A stretch of DNA of 64,000 nucleotides, from positions 17,794,001-17,858,000 of the forward strand of contig JBHGNT010000014.1 of NCBI GenBank assembly GCA_043228905.1, written 5' to 3'. A program made the translations under genes and the position numbers. This stretch comes from Azolla caroliniana. Its lineage: Eukaryota > Plantae > Polypodiophyta. Numbering within the stretch: position 1 is the first letter of the stretch; each line of letters begins with the position of its first letter. Below the pieces are notes generated by a model that saw nothing but the letters and a program-made list of their open reading frames with translations, was not told the origin of the DNA and ran no database searches. This document shows positions 23,018 through 35,773 of this stretch, one piece after another.

Positions 23018-25451
23018 ATGAGAGGGAGTGAACTCGCCGAAGCGGTGGCGGTGGCTATAGACCGCCTAGTTAGTGTTCGCAAGGGCACGACTACCCTCCA
23101 CAGGGCCATAAAAGCAACGGTCGACGAGATAGGTCAGTGCTAAAGACGCCACAAGTTACCTAGAGGCCTATAGATGCAAGATGCAGAAGAGGAACATTCC
23201 AGAGGACAAACGGCTGACCGGATTTTCTCGGGTTGTGACGAAGAGCATCCATGTGGAGATGATCGAAATACAAGCAAGATGCCGCGATTGGGTGGACTTC
23301 GTAGAGCGGGTTCTCGAGCGGTACAACGTCGATGACTCACTTCGAATGTCGAAAAAGGACTTTATGGATTGGGCTGACAACCTTGGCAAGGGTCGAAATG
23401 CTTCAACGCTCCTCCAGGAGTTCGAGTCGCGATTCTCGCGGCTCTCGACATTGGACCGGACCGTGCTTGACACGAGCAAGGTTTTGTTGTTCGTTAAATT
23501 GTTCGATTTGCTCAACCGCGACAACATGGGTCTCCTTCTAGAGACAAACGACGGTTTCATAGTCAACTGGGCAATGGTCAAAGGAGTGTGTGGTAGAATC
23601 GACAAGTGTAGAGATTGGAAAGATAAGGGGTCCTCGTTGCCCAGGCTAGCTGTCGAAACAAGGGCCGAGTCGACGCCGAGCCGAGTGGAAGAGACGAGTT
23701 GGGCCAACCTCTGACAAACGTAGTCGCGGGGCCATCAGGTGGCGCATGTCTGGAAGAATTGAAGAGGATGGTGCGTGATCTCCAGATCGCCCAGGCCCGA
23801 CGAAGCGACGAAGGTCACTCACGTGACCGGCAACCGCTGGCCAACCGAAGGTGCATATGGTGCGATGCCATCGGTGATGCCCGGAGATATTGTGCCGACT
23901 TCAGCGAAGCGCTCAGGAGCAACGTGGTGTACCTTTGGAATGGCAGGGTTCACGCGAGTGACACAAGGAGAATGCTCAAGGTAAATCCCAGACAGGGTGG
24001 CATGAAGAGGTTAATGAAAGAGGCCGCGGCACGGCATGTCAAGGCCATCCATTAATCGGCCTCGGCCGGCATCTGCATAGGTGGAAAGGTGGCTACACCT
24101 GATACACACCCCAGGTTTTGGCCGGTGGTTCTTGAGACCTTCTCTAGGGGAAGGATACAGAAGGGAGAAGCGGAGAAATGTGTACGCGAGGTCATTGGCT
24201 AGAGTGACCCAGTTGAAGAAAGCACCGGCTTTGTGGAAGCCGCGTGCGGGAACTATGAGGCTCTGGTCGACGATAGGCGGGCTGAAAGACCGGAGGAGCA
24301 GGCCCTTCGAGGAGGTATGACACTCGGAGCGGACCCAAGAGGCACGATGCTGCTCCAACCGGGTCCCAAGAAAAGGAAAAGGGCAAGGTTCTGGAGGAGC
24401 GAGTTCTCGATAGTCGTGTAGAATTCACGTTGAGGGAAGTGCTAGGCATAGCAAGGAGAGAATTCCACAACAACATTGTGGATCTCGTGAAGAGAAAGCG
24501 TCTCACGATGGAGCCGGAACTGGAAAAGCCAGTTGAAGTAAGGACAGCACTCCTCAACGAGATGGCCATGGAAGACGAGCTTGCGGAAAGCCACTACACC
24601 AGGCCACACTAGGCAAGAGCGACAATAGAAACCCCGGTTTGTATCGGGGATGTGAAGGAGCCAATGGTAGTGTTGATCGACCACGGGTAGAAAATTAACC
24701 TAATGTCCATGAACTTCTACAAAAAGGTGAAATGGCCAATCAACACTAAACACAGATGGAAGATACACGCGGCTATGAGGGCCACAGAAGAGCTACACAT
24801 GGCTTGTCCAAATGTCAGAGTAAGTGTTGGGGACATCGAAATAGACCAACACTTTTTCGTGCAGGAGACGTCTTCCCATCCGGTCATTCTCAGCGAACCA
24901 TACATCACGGCGGCTCGAATGGAGACCAAAGTACTAGACAATGGTTCGGCCTACACGAGGGTAAAAAGTCAAGACGGCCGTCACTCCGTCTAGTTTTTGA
25001 CAGTACGGCAGAATCACGAGCGAAATCGGGACACCCTCGGAAACACCGGCCAGAGAGGATTTTTAGAAAGGGCTATCAAGGCATGGGGCTGCGATACTCC
25101 GGACGACCGGAACATACCCCACACCTGTACTATAGGTAGGAAAATTTTGTTCGACAACAACGGAGGTTGTACCATAACCAGTATTAGCAACCAAGAAAAG
25201 AAACGGGCCGCGATGCGCTTGAAGGCATGCGGAGCCTTGGGCCACGATGAAAGGATTGGTGAAGCCGTGGAGGCGGTCTTGTTCAAGGACACCCTTGGAG
25301 AAATCAAGAGGGTAGTTGAAGGAGGTCTAAGTGAAGACAGGGTCATACCAGTCAACTCAGTCGAGATGTACGAAGTCATCGCGGACTTCGAAAGGAAGAA
25401 CAGGGCGCATCGGGCCGCCCGAGTAAACACCAAGTACAAGATTGTGGACCG
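23018..25451 (+). pseudogene. Gypsy G gag-protease and start of pol
   Basis: Homologous to 33619..35773 (CIWCDAIGDARRYC, LIDHG, HFFVQETSSHPVIL), ending at NTKYKIVDR at the A' insertion. Confidence 0.88.
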
Positions 25452-26007
25452 TGTTAGGAAATCGACGCTTTCAAAACCTTCAACTCTCGGCCAAAACCGA
25501 GGAAACACGAATCAATGCAGAAGTAAATCAAAACACAGAGAATGTACAATGGCGAGCTACAAGGCGACGACCTTGAGCTCGCTGTCCTCGCCACAGGCAG
25601 CGGTATTACACAGAGGCGTCGACCTCTTCCTTTCTCTCTCTCTCTCACTCTCTCTCTCGGCTGCTCTCACTTCGCTCCCTCTAAGTGGAAAACAGAAAAA
25701 TGAGCAACAACTACAAAACTGTTTGCCCTAAGTCATATTTATACACATATGACTTTCGGGCTATTTACAAATATAGCCTAGAGGGCCCTTGGCAAACATA
25801 TTCACAAATATGTCCCCACATCCGGATCTCTCTCCGGGTACATTCGTCATCCGGCTCCGTAGCCGGGGTCTTCATCATCCGGATCCGAAACCGGGTCTTC
25901 ATCATCCGGTTCCGATACCGGGTTCTCCTCATTCGGGTCTTCATTCCCGATTCCCGGACATCTGACCATCCCATCCGGAGGGACCGTAATCCCAACAAAC
26001 TCCCCCT

Positions 26008-28892
26008 TCACTTCGGCATGGGATGTCTTTCCAGTCCGACCCTCTTCCGGCACGCTTCCAGCTTGTCGGGTGTGAGCACTTTGGTCAGCATATCTGACCC
26101 GTTCTCGTCCGTGTGGATCTTCGTCAGCACGAACTCCTGGTCTTCTATCCTTTCCCGGATCCAGTGATATCTTCGCTGGATGTGCTTTGTCCGTGAGTGA
26201 TAGGCCGCGTTCTTCGCAAGGTGGATGGCACTCTGACTGTCGCAGTAGAGTCGGTACTCCTCCTGCCGGATACCGAGCTCTCTAATGAAGTCCTTCATCC
26301 ACATTATTTCCTTGCCAGCTTCAACAGCCGCCATGTACTCCGCCTCCGTGGTCGACAACGCAACCGTCTTCTGCAGCCTCGACTGCCACGAAACAGCTCC
26401 CCCTGCATACGTCATCACATACCCTGATGTGGACCGGCTGGTATCTGCATCAGCCGACATATCCGAATCGGTAAAGCCGTCGAGTTCGGGCTTACCGGAG
26501 CCGAATCGGAGGCACACGTTTGCCGTGCCCTTCAGGTATCGGAGTATCCACTTGGCCGCGTTCCAGTGCTCTTTGCCGGGATTGCTCATGTACCGGCTCA
26601 CCACTCCGACTGCATATCCTATGTCCGGTCTTGTACACACCATTGCGTACATCAAGCTTCCGACAGCAGAGGCATATGGTACTTTCATCATGTCCTCCTT
26701 CTCAGCCTTTGTCTTGGGGCTTTGCTTGCTGGATAACTTGCAGTTTGCCGGGAGGGTTGACCCGACCGGTCTTGCTTCCGACATATTGAACCGGTGAAGC
26801 ACCTTTGTCACGTACTTCTCCTTTGACAGCCACAACTGCTTCTTCTTCCGGTCCTGGATGATGTGCATCCCTAGTATTTGCCTCGCCGGACCCAGGATAC
26901 TTCCCTGCCGGTCCACACTCTCTGCGGCGTGTCTCCGTCCAAAGGTACTGAGGGTGATCTGTTTATCACGTATGTCGCCGTCGACATTGCCTCAGCCCAA
27001 AACCCCTTGGGTAATTTCGCATGCGCCAGCATACTCCGGACCCTCTCCATTATGGTCCGGTTCATCCTCTCGGCCAGCCCGTTCAGTTCTGGCGTCTTCG
27101 GCACAGTAAACTCGAGCCGGATTCCCTTCGAGCGACAGTACTCCTTGAACTGCCCCCGGTATTCCCCTCCGTTATCCGCTCGTATCGCTTTCAGCTTCTT
27201 GCCGGATTCCCTTTCCACTCTCGCGTGGAGTTCTTTGAAGACGCACAACACTTGGTCCTTTGTCTTCAACGGTGCCGTCCACAGCTTCCGGCTGTCGTCA
27301 TCAATGAATGTCACGAAGTACTGGGCTCCGCCATGTGACTTCGTTTCTACTTGACACACGTCAGTGTGCACCAACTCCAATGGTGCGCTACGTCTCGTCG
27401 GTGGCCTTGAGTGGAAGGAGGTTCGGTTCTGCTTACCGGCCAGGAAATCGGTGCACTTCTCCAGGTGCACATGCTTCACTGGAATAAGGTTGTCTTCTGC
27501 AAGCCTCTTCATCCCCTTCTCACTCATGTGGCACAGTCTCTTGTGCCACAGCTCACCGGCAGTGTCAGCTGCCACGTTCAACTCCTCCGGACACAGCCAG
27601 GCATTCATAAGGTACAGTGTGTTGACTTTCCGGGCCCGAGCCACTATCAGGCTCCCCTTGCTGAACTTCATTACGCAGTTCCGGATGCTACCTGTGTAGC
27701 CTTCATCGTCTAGCCTCCCGGCCGAAATCAGGTTCAATCGAACCTCCGGAACGTGTCAGACATCCTTCAGCAACATTTTGCATCCGGTCGAGGTTGTCAA
27801 CCACACGTCTCCTATGCCGGCAATCCGGCACGTACCTTCATTTCCCATCCGAACGCAGCCATGCTCACCGGCTGTATAGGATGAGAAGTATCTTCTTTCC
27901 GGGGTCAGGTGGAACGACGCTCCGGAATCGACTACCCAGGTAGTCTCATCGCCGGCAATGTTTAGTTCACCTTCTTCGGTGATGAGCATGATCTCCTCTT
28001 CACTTGCCGCGAGTGCCGTCGTTCCTTTCCGGTCCTGCCCTCGCCGATCCGAACCATTCCGGTCCGTGGCTCCCCGGTAAGCACCGTTCCGTTCCGAAGA
28101 CTTCTTCGAATCGGTGTCGTCGGCTCCGTTGTCTTTTCGGTAATGCCGACAATTCTTTCGGAAGTGCCCCGGCTTCCCACAGTGGAAGCATGTGGGCCTT
28201 CCTCTTGACTGCGACCGGGTCCCCGACTTCTCCCGTCTTTGCGGACTCCGGTTCCATTGTCTTCCCCGATCCGATTCGGTAAGCATCTTCGGATCGGAGG
28301 CCGGTTCTTTATCTCTCCGACGCGCTTCTTCGTTCAAAATGCTTGTCTTTACCGTTTGTAAGGACAAGTTATCTTCGGTGCAGGAGGTGCTGAGAGTCAC
28401 CACCAAGTTCTCCCAACTTTCCGGCAATGTACACATCAGCATGATGGCTTGCATTGCATCCTCCAACGGGAACTTGATCGCCGCAAGCTGGTTCACGAAT
28501 CCCATGAACGTGCTTACGTGTTCCACCATACTCTCGCCGTCCCGGTACTTGAGGTTCACTATCCTCCTCATCAGGGAGGTTCGGTTCAACGCATTCTTCC
28601 TCTCATAGAGGCCCGACAGCTTCTGCCACATCTCATATGCGTTGGTGTCGTTCGCCACATGTTGTAGAACGCTCACGTCGACGTATTGCCGAATGGTTGC
28701 AACGGCTTTCCGGTTCAGAAGCCTCCATTCCGTCTCAAGTACCCCCTTGGGTATTTCCGACCTGTCGATCGGTTCATACAGGTCCCGAACAATGAGCAGA
28801 TCCTCCATCTTTATCTTCCAGTCGGCGTAGTTCTGCGCATTCAGCACCATCATCCCCGGCTGCCCGCTGCTGCCGCCTTCCATTTTCTGCAC
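26008..28892 (-). pseudogene. Copia A' gag-pol with a premature stop (27756) and a ~1.2-kb integrase-RT deletion
   Basis: ORFs 27756..28892, 26871..27737 and 26008..26916 align to the 1357-aa A protein. The deletion junction near 26895 removes YVDD. Confidence 0.92.
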
Positions 28893-30130
28893 TACAGTCG
28901 CTCTGATACCAGATTGTTAGGAAATCGACGCTTTCAAAACCTTCAACTCTCGGCCACAACCGAGGAAACATGAATCAAGGCAGAAGTAAATCAAAACACA
29001 GAGAATGTACAATGGCGAGCTACAAGGCGACGACCTTGAGCTCGCTGTCCTCGCCACAGGCGGCGGTATTACACAGAGGCGTCGACCTCTTCGTTTCTCT
29101 CTCTCTCTCACTCTCTCTCTCGGCTGCTCTCACTTCGCTCCCTCTAAGTGGAAAACAGAAAAATGAGCAACAACTACAAAACTGTTTGCCCTAAGTCATA
29201 TTTATACACATATGACTTTCAGGCTATTTACAAATATAGCCTAGAGGGCCCTTGGCAAACATATTCACAAATATGTCCCCGCATCCGGATCTCTCTCCGG
29301 GTACATTCGTCATCCGGCTCCGTAGCCGGGGTCTTCATCATCCGGCTCCGAAACCGGTGTCGGGGTTGCTACGCCCTTGCGTGCAGAAAGGAGGAGGGAC
29401 CACGGGGGTCTTGGACCGAAGAGCAAGAGAGAGAGAGGAGAAGGAGAGAGAGACCCGATTACACAGAACCGAAGATTGCACAGGGACACGGCCCAACAAA
29501 CAGAGATCACAAATAAACGCCGACGCAGATGGACGCAACAACGAAAGATATGTACTTATGAATGCAAGAAATTAACAGACTAAAGTATTACAACCCACGG
29601 TGGGGCACGGAATAGATACTAACGAAAACGTACAGGGCGTCGGTCAGATGCCGACCCCTGTATGACGCGACGCACAGAAAGGGAAAACAGGTCGGAGGTG
29701 CTGCAGGACGCACTCGGGGCGTTCCACGGAACAGCGCAAGCCTCCTCGAAACCTGCACAGGTACGCGATGGAGCGGAAGACAGAGAAAGCAGGAGTGAGA
29801 GAGGAGCTTCGAAATCGGTTCGGCAGCACTTTTTCTCTCCGCGCGAGATCCCCCCCTTCTTCTATTCTTCCTCTTCCTTTTTATATCCCGTCAAGAGGCC
29901 GTTTGGCATTAACTGCATACCAACCGAATCTACCCACCTAGGATCCTCGTATGTACCTACTTCGTCCTTAGGTACTTCTTGGCGCGCGTGTGCGTGTAGA
30001 GCCGTTTTCCCACACCTTGTTCCTCCGATTCCCCTTGTGGGCGGTTTTCTTCACGACATCCGCCCCCACCTAACCGCGCATCCACCGGCATGCGCCAAAT
30101 TAAGTTGGCACGGAGAAAACCGGCCCGCCT

Positions 30131-33100
30131 TTACTCTTCGCCTGCCGGCCCTTCCTCGGCCTCGGATCGATCGTCGCTGCTGTCCAGGAGAATCGGGTCG
30201 GGTTCGTCGTCGTGCCGCTTCTTGAAAGCTTTGATCCTCTTCCCGGCCACGGGTATCGCTATTCTCGTACCGTCGAGTTCCGCCAGATGATACGTCCCGT
30301 TGTCGTTGGCGCTCTGTACCGTGTACGGCCCGAACCATCTCCGTGCGAACTTCCGCGTTGCTCGGTGCTGGTTGTCGAGGCTGCTGTCGTAGACGAGCAC
30401 CCAGTCACCTTCTTCGATTTTCTTCGGTCGGAGCCGGTGCGTTCGGTCGAACCTGGCTTTGTTCTTTGCCCTCGCCACCCGGAGCCTCTCCGTAGCCAGT
30501 TCCACGTCCTCCGGTCTCCGTTCGAGTTGTCGTATACGCGCGGCCAACAACTCCTCCCGGCTCATCTCGTCCCTCCAATCGACCGTTGCCCATGAGGGGA
30601 TCGTCCGTTCCATTGGCATGATCGGCTTCTGGCCGAACATGAGCTCCGTCGGCATGTACCCGGTTACCGAACTGTGCGTGGTCCGGTCTGCCCACAAAGC
30701 ATAAGGTAGCAGCCGCGGCCAGTTACCGACTTGGCCTCCGCATGCCCGAACCAACGCCTTGACGATCGGCCCGTGTCCGCGCTCCACCTTCCCATTCGCC
30801 TCCGGATTGTACGCAGTGGTGAGCGAGAGCTTAACTCCGAGCCGGTCGAACAACTCCGCGGCCTCTTCGGTGTCCAACTCCCCTCGATCAGCCACGATCT
30901 TCCCGACGCACCCGTACCGGCATATCACGTCCTCGATTAGGAACCGGCATACGGCCGTGGTCGTTTTGTTCGGAAGGGCCCGGCCTTCCACCTGGTTCGT
31001 CAGATCCTCCCGCGCTAGGACCAGGTACCGCATCTGTCCTACCCCCATTGGCATCGTCACCAGATCTACCATCCATTTGAAGTGGATGGTCGGAGGGTAC
31101 GTGGGGTGAAGCTCGTCCCGATGTCGGACTATGGAGTGCATCTGACAGCTCTCGCAAGTTGTCACGAACCGATGCACGTCCCGGTACTGCCCCGGCCACC
31201 AATACTTCCCCTTCAGTTTCTCAAACGTAGCCCATGTCCCACGGTGTCCAGCCCAAGGGCTGTCGTGGTAGGCCGTCAGCAGCTCCTCCTGTTCTTCCTT
31301 CATCGCCACCACCCGGAGCGGAGCGTCGTCCCTCTTCTTCGGGTGCTTCCACAAGTATCCGTCCCGGAGAAAGAACCGGTACGCTTTCTTCCGGATCCGG
31401 TTGGCCTCGTCTTTCGTCCATGACGCGTCGGGCGTCATTGTCTTCAAAAACCCGCCGATCTGCAGCCACTCCCCGTCGTACTTGCTTGCGTCGAACTCGT
31501 TAAGCGCCGGAGTGCTCATCCCGTCGGTCGTTACGTATGCTGCCTCGAAGAAATCCACGCCGACTTCTTCGTCTTCCGAAACCATGCCGCCCTCGTCGTC
31601 GAACCTCGCCCTCGAAAGCATGTCGGCCATGGCGTTGTCTTTCCCGGAAATGTGTCGTATTTCCGGGTCCAGGGACTTGATGTACGCTATCCACCTGAGC
31701 ATCGCCAGGTCCGGAGTCGCGCATCCGGAAACCATACCGAGAATCGGCAGGCAATCCGTCTCGATGATCACTTCTGTCCCTATCAGGTAGTCTTTGTCGG
31801 CCTTAACCGCCGAAACAATACCCCAGAGTTCGCGTTTAACCTGGGCGTATCCTCGCTGCCGTTCACTGAGGACTTTCGCGCCGAATCGGATCGGAAACCG
31901 ATTGTCGTCCTCGTCTTCCTGGTTCACGACCCATCCGATCCCGGCCGAACTGGTATCCACCGTTATGAATACCGGGGTATCCTTCCCGTATACCGCCTTC
32001 CGAAGTGCCGGTGCCGCTGCAAGAGCCTCTTTCAGCTTCCGGACCGATTCCGCGTGCTCGTCTAGCCATTCGAACCTTCGCCCCTTTTTCAGCAACCCGT
32101 ACAGTGGCTCAGCGACGTGCGCGTAATGCGGGATCCATATGTGGTAGAACGCGCATGCCCCCAGGAATCTCTGTACTTCCGTGACCGAGCTGCAGTCGGG
32201 CTTCATCGCGGAGATGGCTTCTATCTTTGCCGGAGACGGTTTCCGGCCATATGGTCCACATAAATGTCCGACCACCATGATTTCCGACTGCCCGAATGCT
32301 GACTTCTCCCCCGAGAAGGTGAGCCTCGCATCCTCTAGCCTTTGTAGCACCTTCTCGCAGTCGTCGATGTGCGTTACCACGAATCGCCGGCATCCGTCCG
32401 GGCCGATCGTCTCGTCCTTTTTTTCCACCGGGCATCCCTTGATCGGGATGTCGTCCAGAAACGGCATGGTGATGTCCGGGATACAGTCCCTCAGAACCTT
32501 GTTCATCGCATTCACCATGTGGGCCACCGAGTTGGTCCCTCCTTGCGGCAGTGTACACATCCGAACTAGGCCGAGGGGAGTTCGCATCGTCGTAATGTCT
32601 CTGCTCTCCACGGCTAGCTGGAACTGGTCGTACCCTGAGTATAGATCCCCGACCGAGTAAATTGACCTTCCGGCGAAGGCCTCCGCGAACTCGTCTATGG
32701 TCGGTCCGATCCCTGCGTTCCGAATCGTCACTCGATTGACCGGCTGCAGGTCCTGGATGAAGCGCAACGAACCGTTTTTCTTCGGTACGGTAAACCATCG
32801 ATTCGAATATGGGGCGCTCGACGGCTCGAGAATTCCCATATCAACTTTCTGCCTCAGCAGCTCCATCAACTTCGGGATGTGAGCTCTCGGAACCGGGATT
32901 GGCTTGAGATTCCATGGTACATGCGGTACCGTGAATATCACCATCGGCTCCACGATCGTCGGGTCAACGCACCCGATTTCCTCCGGCGAGAATGCGAAGG
33001 CTTTCCCGTGCCTTCCGAGCATTCTCCGAAACCGGTCTTCCTCCGCCGGCAGTAGGAACCCGCCCCCACCGATTTTGAGCTCTCGGAGCGTCTCGTCGGT

Positions 33101-33628
33101 GAAGGTGTGTCCTATGCAGGCCGGATCTCGTAGACTAGGGTCCGATGCAACCCCTTTGATTCTCGACGCGCTGTCCTCCGGTAGGGGTGCCGCGACTGGC
33201 CTTACCTTCCGGTCCACAGTCTTGTACTTGGTGCTTACGTGGGCCGTCCGAACTGACTCGAGCCCTCGACCGAAGTCCGCGATGACTCCGTACATCTCCT
33301 CGGAACACACCGGTATCGTCCGGTCTTCGTTAAGGCCTTCTTCGACTACCTTTCCCAGCATTCCCAAGGTGTCGTCGAATGAGACCGCCTCCACGGCTCC
33401 GTTGATTTCCTCGTCAGGGCCGAGAACTCCGCACGCTCGAAGTCTCCCCTCCGCTTTTGTCTTCTCTCGGCCGCCGATGCCGACTATCGTACACGCTCCG
33501 CTGTCGGAGAACAAAAATTCCCTACCTATGGTACAAGGTTTCTTCGGTTTTATCGTACAGGTGTGGGGTTTTCCCGGGGTGTCCGGACTGTCGCGGCCCC
33601 ACGCCTTGGCAGTCCTCTCTAAAAATCC
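30131..33628 (-). CDS. Gypsy B Pol (RT, RNase H, integrase) in the -1 frame
   Basis: Frame is open from the GGATTTT site. Motifs DLYSGYDQ, PFLDD, TVDTSS...ELWG...ETD, HDSPWAGH...CESCQ, DLV...DRG...NGKVER. No chromodomain. Confidence 0.93.
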   Translation of the reverse strand, partial: GFLERTAKAWGRDSPDTPGKPHTCTIKPKKPCTIGREFLFSDSGACTIVGIGGREKTKAEGRLRACGVLGPDEEINGAVEAVSFDDTLGMLGKVVEEGLNEDRTIPVCSEEMYGVIADFGRGLESVRTAHVSTKYKTVDRKVRPVAAPLPEDSASRIKGVASDPSLRDPACIGHTFTDETLRELKIGGGGFLLPAEEDRFRRMLGRHGKAFAFSPEEIGCVDPTIVEPMVIFTVPHVPWNLKPIPVPRAHIPKLMELLRQKVDMGILEPSSAPYSNRWFTVPKKNGSLRFIQDLQPVNRVTIRNAGIGPTIDEFAEAFAGRSIYSVGDLYSGYDQFQLAVESRDITTMRTPLGLVRMCTLPQGGTNSVAHMVNAMNKVLRDCIPDITMPFLDDIPIKGCPVEKKDETIGPDGCRRFVVTHIDDCEKVLQRLEDARLTFSGEKSAFGQSEIMVVGHLCGPYGRKPSPAKIEAISAMKPDCSSVTEVQRFLGACAFYHIWIPHYAHVAEPLYGLLKKGRRFEWLDEHAESVRKLKEALAAAPALRKAVYGKDTPVFITVDTSSAGIGWVVNQEDEDDNRFPIRFGAKVLSERQRGYAQVKRELWGIVSAVKADKDYLIGTEVIIETDCLPILGMVSGCATPDLAMLRWIAYIKSLDPEIRHISGKDNAMADMLSRARFDDEGGMVSEDEEVGVDFFEAAYVTTDGMSTPALNEFDASKYDGEWLQIGGFLKTMTPDASWTKDEANRIRKKAYRFFLRDGYLWKHPKKRDDAPLRVVAMKEEQEELLTAYHDSPWAGHRGTWATFEKLKGKYWWPGQYRDVHRFVTTCESCQMHSIVRHRDELHPTYPPTIHFKWMVDLVTMPMGVGQMRYLVLAREDLTNQVEGRALPNKTTTAVCRFLIEDVICRYGCVGKIVADRGELDTEEAAELFDRLGVKLSLTTAYNPEANGKVERGHGPIVKALVRACGGQVGNWPRLLPYALWADRTTHSSVTGYMPTELMFGQKPIMPMERTIPSWATVDWRDEMSREELLAARIRQLERRPEDVELATERLRVARAKNKARFDRTHRLRPKKIEEGDWVLVYDSSLDNQHRATRKFARRWFGPYTVQSANDNGTYHLAELDGTRIAIPVAGKRIKAFKKRHDDEPDPILLDSSDDRSEAEEGPAGEE
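33563..33628 (-). promoter_or_regulatory. Candidate -1 ribosomal frameshift signal (G_GAU_UUU plus pseudoknot)
   Basis: Minus strand reads GGATTTT-TAGAGA-GGACTG..GTGGGG..CAGTCC..CCCCAC. The slippery site is conserved in G at ~25057. Confidence 0.75.
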
Positions 33629-35773
33629 TCTCGGTTTTCGGAACCGAGGGAATCGCGGTTACGTTCGTGGTTCGGCCTTACCGTCAGAAACTGGACCGAA
33701 TGGCGCCCGTCTTGGCTTTTGACCCTCGCGTAGGCCGAACCATTGTCCAGCACTTTGGTCTCCATCCGCGCCGCCGTAATGTACGGTTCTCCCAGAATGA
33801 CCGGGTGCGAAGACGTCTCCTGCACGAAGAAGTGTTGGTCAATCTCGACGTCGCCAATCTTGACCCGCACATTCGGACAGGCCCCGTGCAGTTCCTCGGT
33901 GGCGCGCGTTGCTGCCTTTATTTTCCACCCGTGCTTGGTGTTGATCGGCCATTTGCCCTTCTTATAGAAGTCCATGGACATCAAATTGATCTCCGATCCG
34001 TGGTCCACCAAAGCTATCACCGGTTCCCGGACATCGCCGATCTTCACCGGGGTTTCCGTGGTCGCTCGGGCCCAGTGTGGTCTCGAATAGTGGCTTTCCG
34101 CCCACTCGTCTCCCAGCGCCATGTCGTCTAGGTGCGTCGTCCGCACTTCCACCGGTCTTTCCGGTTCTGTCTCCGTCGACAGCCTCTTCCGTTTCACCAA
34201 GTCCACGATGGAGTCGTGGAACTCCTTCTTGGCGATCCCCAGCACCTCTCGTAACGACAGCTCCACCTTGCTGTCGAGGATCCGTTCCTCCAGGACCTTT
34301 CGTAAGTCCGTGGTCCTTTCTATCTCCGTCCCCAGACGGTACCCGCCCTTCTGGGGTTTATCTTGCGTACCGGCCCCGCCGGCTTCGTCCCGTCGTGGCC
34401 CGGACCGGGTCTCGTATCGTTGTGAGGGCCCGGTCGTCCCGGGTCTCCCCACCCGCTTCTCTTCTACTAGAGCCTCGTAGTTCTGGCAAGCGGCTTCCAC
34501 GAAGCCCGTCCTTTCCTCGACCGGGTCGCTCCACCCGGTCATCTCCCGTACCCGTTTCTCCGCACGGTCCGATTCCTCCCCTTTAAGCCTTGCACCGGCA
34601 AGGCCTTCCAGCATCGTCGGCCAGAATCCGGCTTTGCTTTCCCTTCGGGCCTCGCAACCCCCGACTCGAATGCCGGCCGACGCCGAGTAGTGGACGGTTT
34701 CCGCGTGTCGGGCCGCCGCCTCTTCCATCACCCTTTTCATACCGCCTTTTCCGTCGTTTCGGCTCAGGGCCCTTCGGGTGTCGCTGGCATGCACCCGTCC
34801 TTCCCACAGGTACACCACCCTGTTCCTCAGCGCCTCCGCGAAGTCGCCGCAGTCCTTCCGAATGTGGCCGACTTCATCGCACCACATGCACCTGTTTCCT
34901 GCCGCCGGCCGTCGGTCACGAGCCGGTTCGCCTCCTTCCCTTCGGGCCTGTGCGATTTGGAGGTCCTTTATCGCCTTCGTCAATTCCTCCAGCGCCGCTC
35001 CTCCGGTTGAGCCTCTGACTACGCCGGTCGAAGCCGAACCGGTTTCCAACCACTCCCGGGTCTCTTCTTTTTTGCACCTGTGGCGCTGGTTCGAGCTTCC
35101 TTGCTGCGACCGAGCCCGACCCGGTCGCCCCGTTATCCGCCCATTCTCGCCGTTTGTCGAAACGGCCACAGACCTTCCTGACAGTCGCCCAGTCGGTAGT
35201 GAGCCCGTCTTCGGTTTCCAGCAAGAAGCCCACTTGCTCCCGATCCCGCTCGTCGACCGACTTGACAAACAGCAAGACCCGGCTCGTGTCCAGGATGGTT
35301 CGGTCAAGCGCCGAAAGGCGCGCAAAGTTTTCCTCGAACTCCCGGAGGAGCGCCGACGCGTTTCTTCCCTTCCCCGGGGACTCCACCCATTCCATGAACC
35401 TTCGCTTCGAAAGCCGGAGCGCGTCGTCCAGCCCGTATTTCTCTAGGAGCCGACCTTCGAACTCCTCCCAGGTACGGCTCTCCGTCCGCACCTCGAGCAC
35501 CTCCGCATGGATGCTCGGCATCGCTACTCGGGGAAATCCGGCAAGACGCCTTTCTTCCGGAATGTCCCGCATCAGCATCTCTGCACCGTAGGACGCCAAA
35601 TACTTCGTGGCATCCTTCCCATCGAACCGGCCGATCGTGCCGACGACCGCCTCAATAGCTCTGTCGAGGGCACCAGTGCTCTCGCGCGCGTTTACAATCC
35701 GATCCACGGCCGAAGCCATGGCCTCTGCGAGATCCGACCCCCTCATTTCCTGCTCTTCTGCCGCCTCCTTCAC
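33619..35773 (-). CDS. Gypsy B Gag-protease, split by a probable 1-nt insertion in an A6 run near 35070
   Basis: ORFs 34916..35773 and 33619..35325; Zn knuckle CMWCDEVGHIRKDC; protease ALVDHGSEINLM and VILGEPY. Confidence 0.85.

Noticed and set aside
35060-35080. A6 run in B gag as a programmed frameshift
   Set aside because: It needs a +1 shift, the phase does not fit A_AAA_AAG, and element G reads through to the equivalent EET in frame. It is probably an indel or a sequencing error.
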